A stretch of DNA of 7,066 nt from a virus (lineage: Duplodnaviria > Heunggongvirae > Uroviricota > Caudoviricetes), in IMG/VR virus record IMGVR_UViG_2534682060_000010; one strand, 5' to 3'. This document shows, in pieces, positions 5,747 through 7,066 of this stretch (positions are counted from its first letter, which is position 1; the number at the start of each line of letters is the position of its first letter). The position numbers were made by a program, and so were the translations under genes. The notes below the pieces were generated by a model, which did no database searches, was not told the DNA's origin, and was given only the letters and a program-made list of their open reading frames with translations.

Positions 5747-6517
5747 ATGATTTACACTAATCAGCTTCGTTACAGTGGCAAAGATGGTGTTTACTTCCAT
5801 CTACAAGGCCAACCAGATAATTTCTTGTCACTATCAGCTACTGAGAACATGGAATTTGATAGCCCTATGATGGTTACCACTCAAAATATGCAATCAGGGC
5901 AGGCTGTCACAGATAATGTAATGCGTTCACCCAGAACAATTACTATTAGTGGTGTCGTTGTAGTTGGCTATGAAGGAAGCTTATTATTGACTCGTCAAGG
6001 GCAATTAGTAGAAAACTTCATTGATACTCTGGAAAGCTGGAGAGACCAGAAACAGATTATTTCGGTCATCTGTAAAGATGGTATCAAAATTGACGATTCC
6101 ATTATTACAAACTTTAAAGCCTCTAAAGATGTTGGAATTTCTAATGGCCTAAGAATCCAGCTAACTTTTCAGGAAATTAACTTTAAAGCTATCGTAGGGC
6201 AAACTGATATTTCATCTGCAACTGGAAAGACCGCTACCACGAATGATGGCGGTGCTACCAGTAAAAAGAACACCGGAAACACTACAACGAGCCTTGGAAG
6301 CCCTATGCTGACCTGTAAAGAGCTTTTTAGCTATTCGGCAAGTGAGTTATCAGATGAAGCGCTAAAAGCCCGTGTAACGTGCTCTAAGAGCGTTAGCGTT
6401 AAAAATGGTGAGAGCACCTTCTCAGATGCCGCTAATGAGCAAGCTTCAAAGGTGCTTAAGCCGGGTAATGCTCTGCGAAAGTACTCTGTGAACCCTAACA
6501 AGAAGGGCACTTATTGA
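5747..6517 (+). CDS. Hypothetical protein, ~256 aa; possibly a tail component by position
   Basis: AAAGGAG 5733-5739 sits 7 nt upstream of ATG 5747; the track's TTG start at 5726 lies upstream of the Shine-Dalgarno and is less likely. Placement right after a tape-measure gene suggests a distal tail protein, but I recognise no motif. Confidence 0.8.
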   Translation: MIYTNQLRYSGKDGVYFHLQGQPDNFLSLSATENMEFDSPMMVTTQNMQSGQAVTDNVMRSPRTITISGVVVVGYEGSLLLTRQGQLVENFIDTLESWRDQKQIISVICKDGIKIDDSIITNFKASKDVGISNGLRIQLTFQEINFKAIVGQTDISSATGKTATTNDGGATSKKNTGNTTTSLGSPMLTCKELFSYSASELSDEALKARVTCSKSVSVKNGESTFSDAANEQASKVLKPGNALRKYSVNPNKKGTY

Positions 6518-6522
6518 GACAT

Positions 6523-6549
6523 AAAAAGGGGCTTCATAGCCCCTGAAAA
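6523..6549 (-). terminator. Intrinsic terminator between the convergent genes, mainly serving the minus-strand gene
   Basis: Stem AGGGGCT (6527-6533) / AGCCCCT (6538-6544), 4-nt loop. On the minus strand it is followed by a U-run (complement of AAAA 6523-6526); on the plus strand it is followed by GAAAATT, so it is a poor plus-strand terminator. Confidence 0.6.
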
Positions 6550-7065
6550 TTACAGTTGATAAGCGTCAATATCCAGTAGCTCTTTATCAGCAATTTCAAA
6601 GATTGGTGACCCATCATTTAGCGGTAACGGGTTTGTAGGTATGGTGATTTCAGTGTCGTTCTGTAGCGTTACAGTTACCGAATCCTTACCCAATGTAAGC
6701 CCTTTTAGATGCTTGGACAAAATCAACTGACACTCGACACGACCCGCTTTAGTCATAAGGTCAATATCTTTAAGTTGGGGTAATCCTTTGTCACTGAGTG
6801 AGGTTTTACGCTTCAGAGTGTCGATAGTAGTTTGTATTTCTGTACGCTTCTGGTTAAGTCCCTTCACCTGTGTTTTCAACTCTGTAATATCATCCATCTC
6901 AAGAAGTAGGGCGGTAGCTTTCTTGATTCTGGCTGTGACAATTTCAACCTCATGCTGTAACGCTGCAATCTTCCTCTCTGATTCTCCATCATTCCCCACG
7001 TCAATCATTCCTAGAAAATTTTCAAGCACCCACTTATCAAACGGTTTACGCTTCAACGGTTGAAC
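6550..7065 (-). CDS. Hypothetical protein with a central coiled-coil-like segment; N-terminus probably off-window
   Basis: Minus-strand ORF ends at stop complement 6550-6552. The track starts it at a TTG (7056-7054) but the frame stays open to the window edge. Balanced composition, unlike the Ser/Phe/Cys-rich antisense ORF 6788-7063. No motif recognised. Confidence 0.75.
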   Translation of the reverse strand, partial: VQPLKRKPFDKWVLENFLGMIDVGNDGESERKIAALQHEVEIVTARIKKATALLLEMDDITELKTQVKGLNQKRTEIQTTIDTLKRKTSLSDKGLPQLKDIDLMTKAGRVECQLILSKHLKGLTLGKDSVTVTLQNDTEITIPTNPLPLNDGSPIFEIADKELLDIDAYQL

Positions 7066-7066
7066 A

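Noticed and set aside
6788-7063. 91-aa plus-strand ORF
   Set aside because: Antisense to the better-supported minus-strand gene; Ser/Phe/Cys-rich; the neighbouring terminator hairpin is oriented for the minus-strand gene.
1-7066. CRISPR array, tRNA or rRNA genes
   Set aside because: No short regularly spaced direct repeats; no tRNA T-arm-like GGTTCGAATCC motif; nothing rRNA-like.

Overview
AT-rich, phage-like accessory segment. Nine plus-strand protein genes sit in four apparent transcription units, with one convergent minus-strand gene at the right edge and a possible divergent minus-strand gene start at the left edge. The only product I can name with moderate confidence is a 682-aa tail tape-measure-like protein (3540-5588); the 92-aa protein looks like a tandem ribbon-helix-helix DNA binder; everything else is hypothetical. 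I saw no rRNA, tRNA, CRISPR array, transposase, integrase or reverse-transcriptase signature. The strongest signals are non-coding: (1) two copies of a ~100-120 bp structured repeat with conserved inverted-repeat arms and unrelated cores, bracketing a promoter-driven three-gene cassette; (2) two promoters sharing the exact architecture TTGACA-N17-(-10)-TGTATATATA; (3) a ~415-nt ORF-free structured leader or candidate sRNA carrying two related terminator-like hairpins; (4) a 21-codon hydrophobic micro-ORF, absent from the ORF track, coupled to an acidic 107-aa protein. No catalytic motif was recognised in any protein, so every system-level interpretation here is inference and needs homology and structure searches. 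All coordinates and motif matches were derived by eye from the printed sequence.
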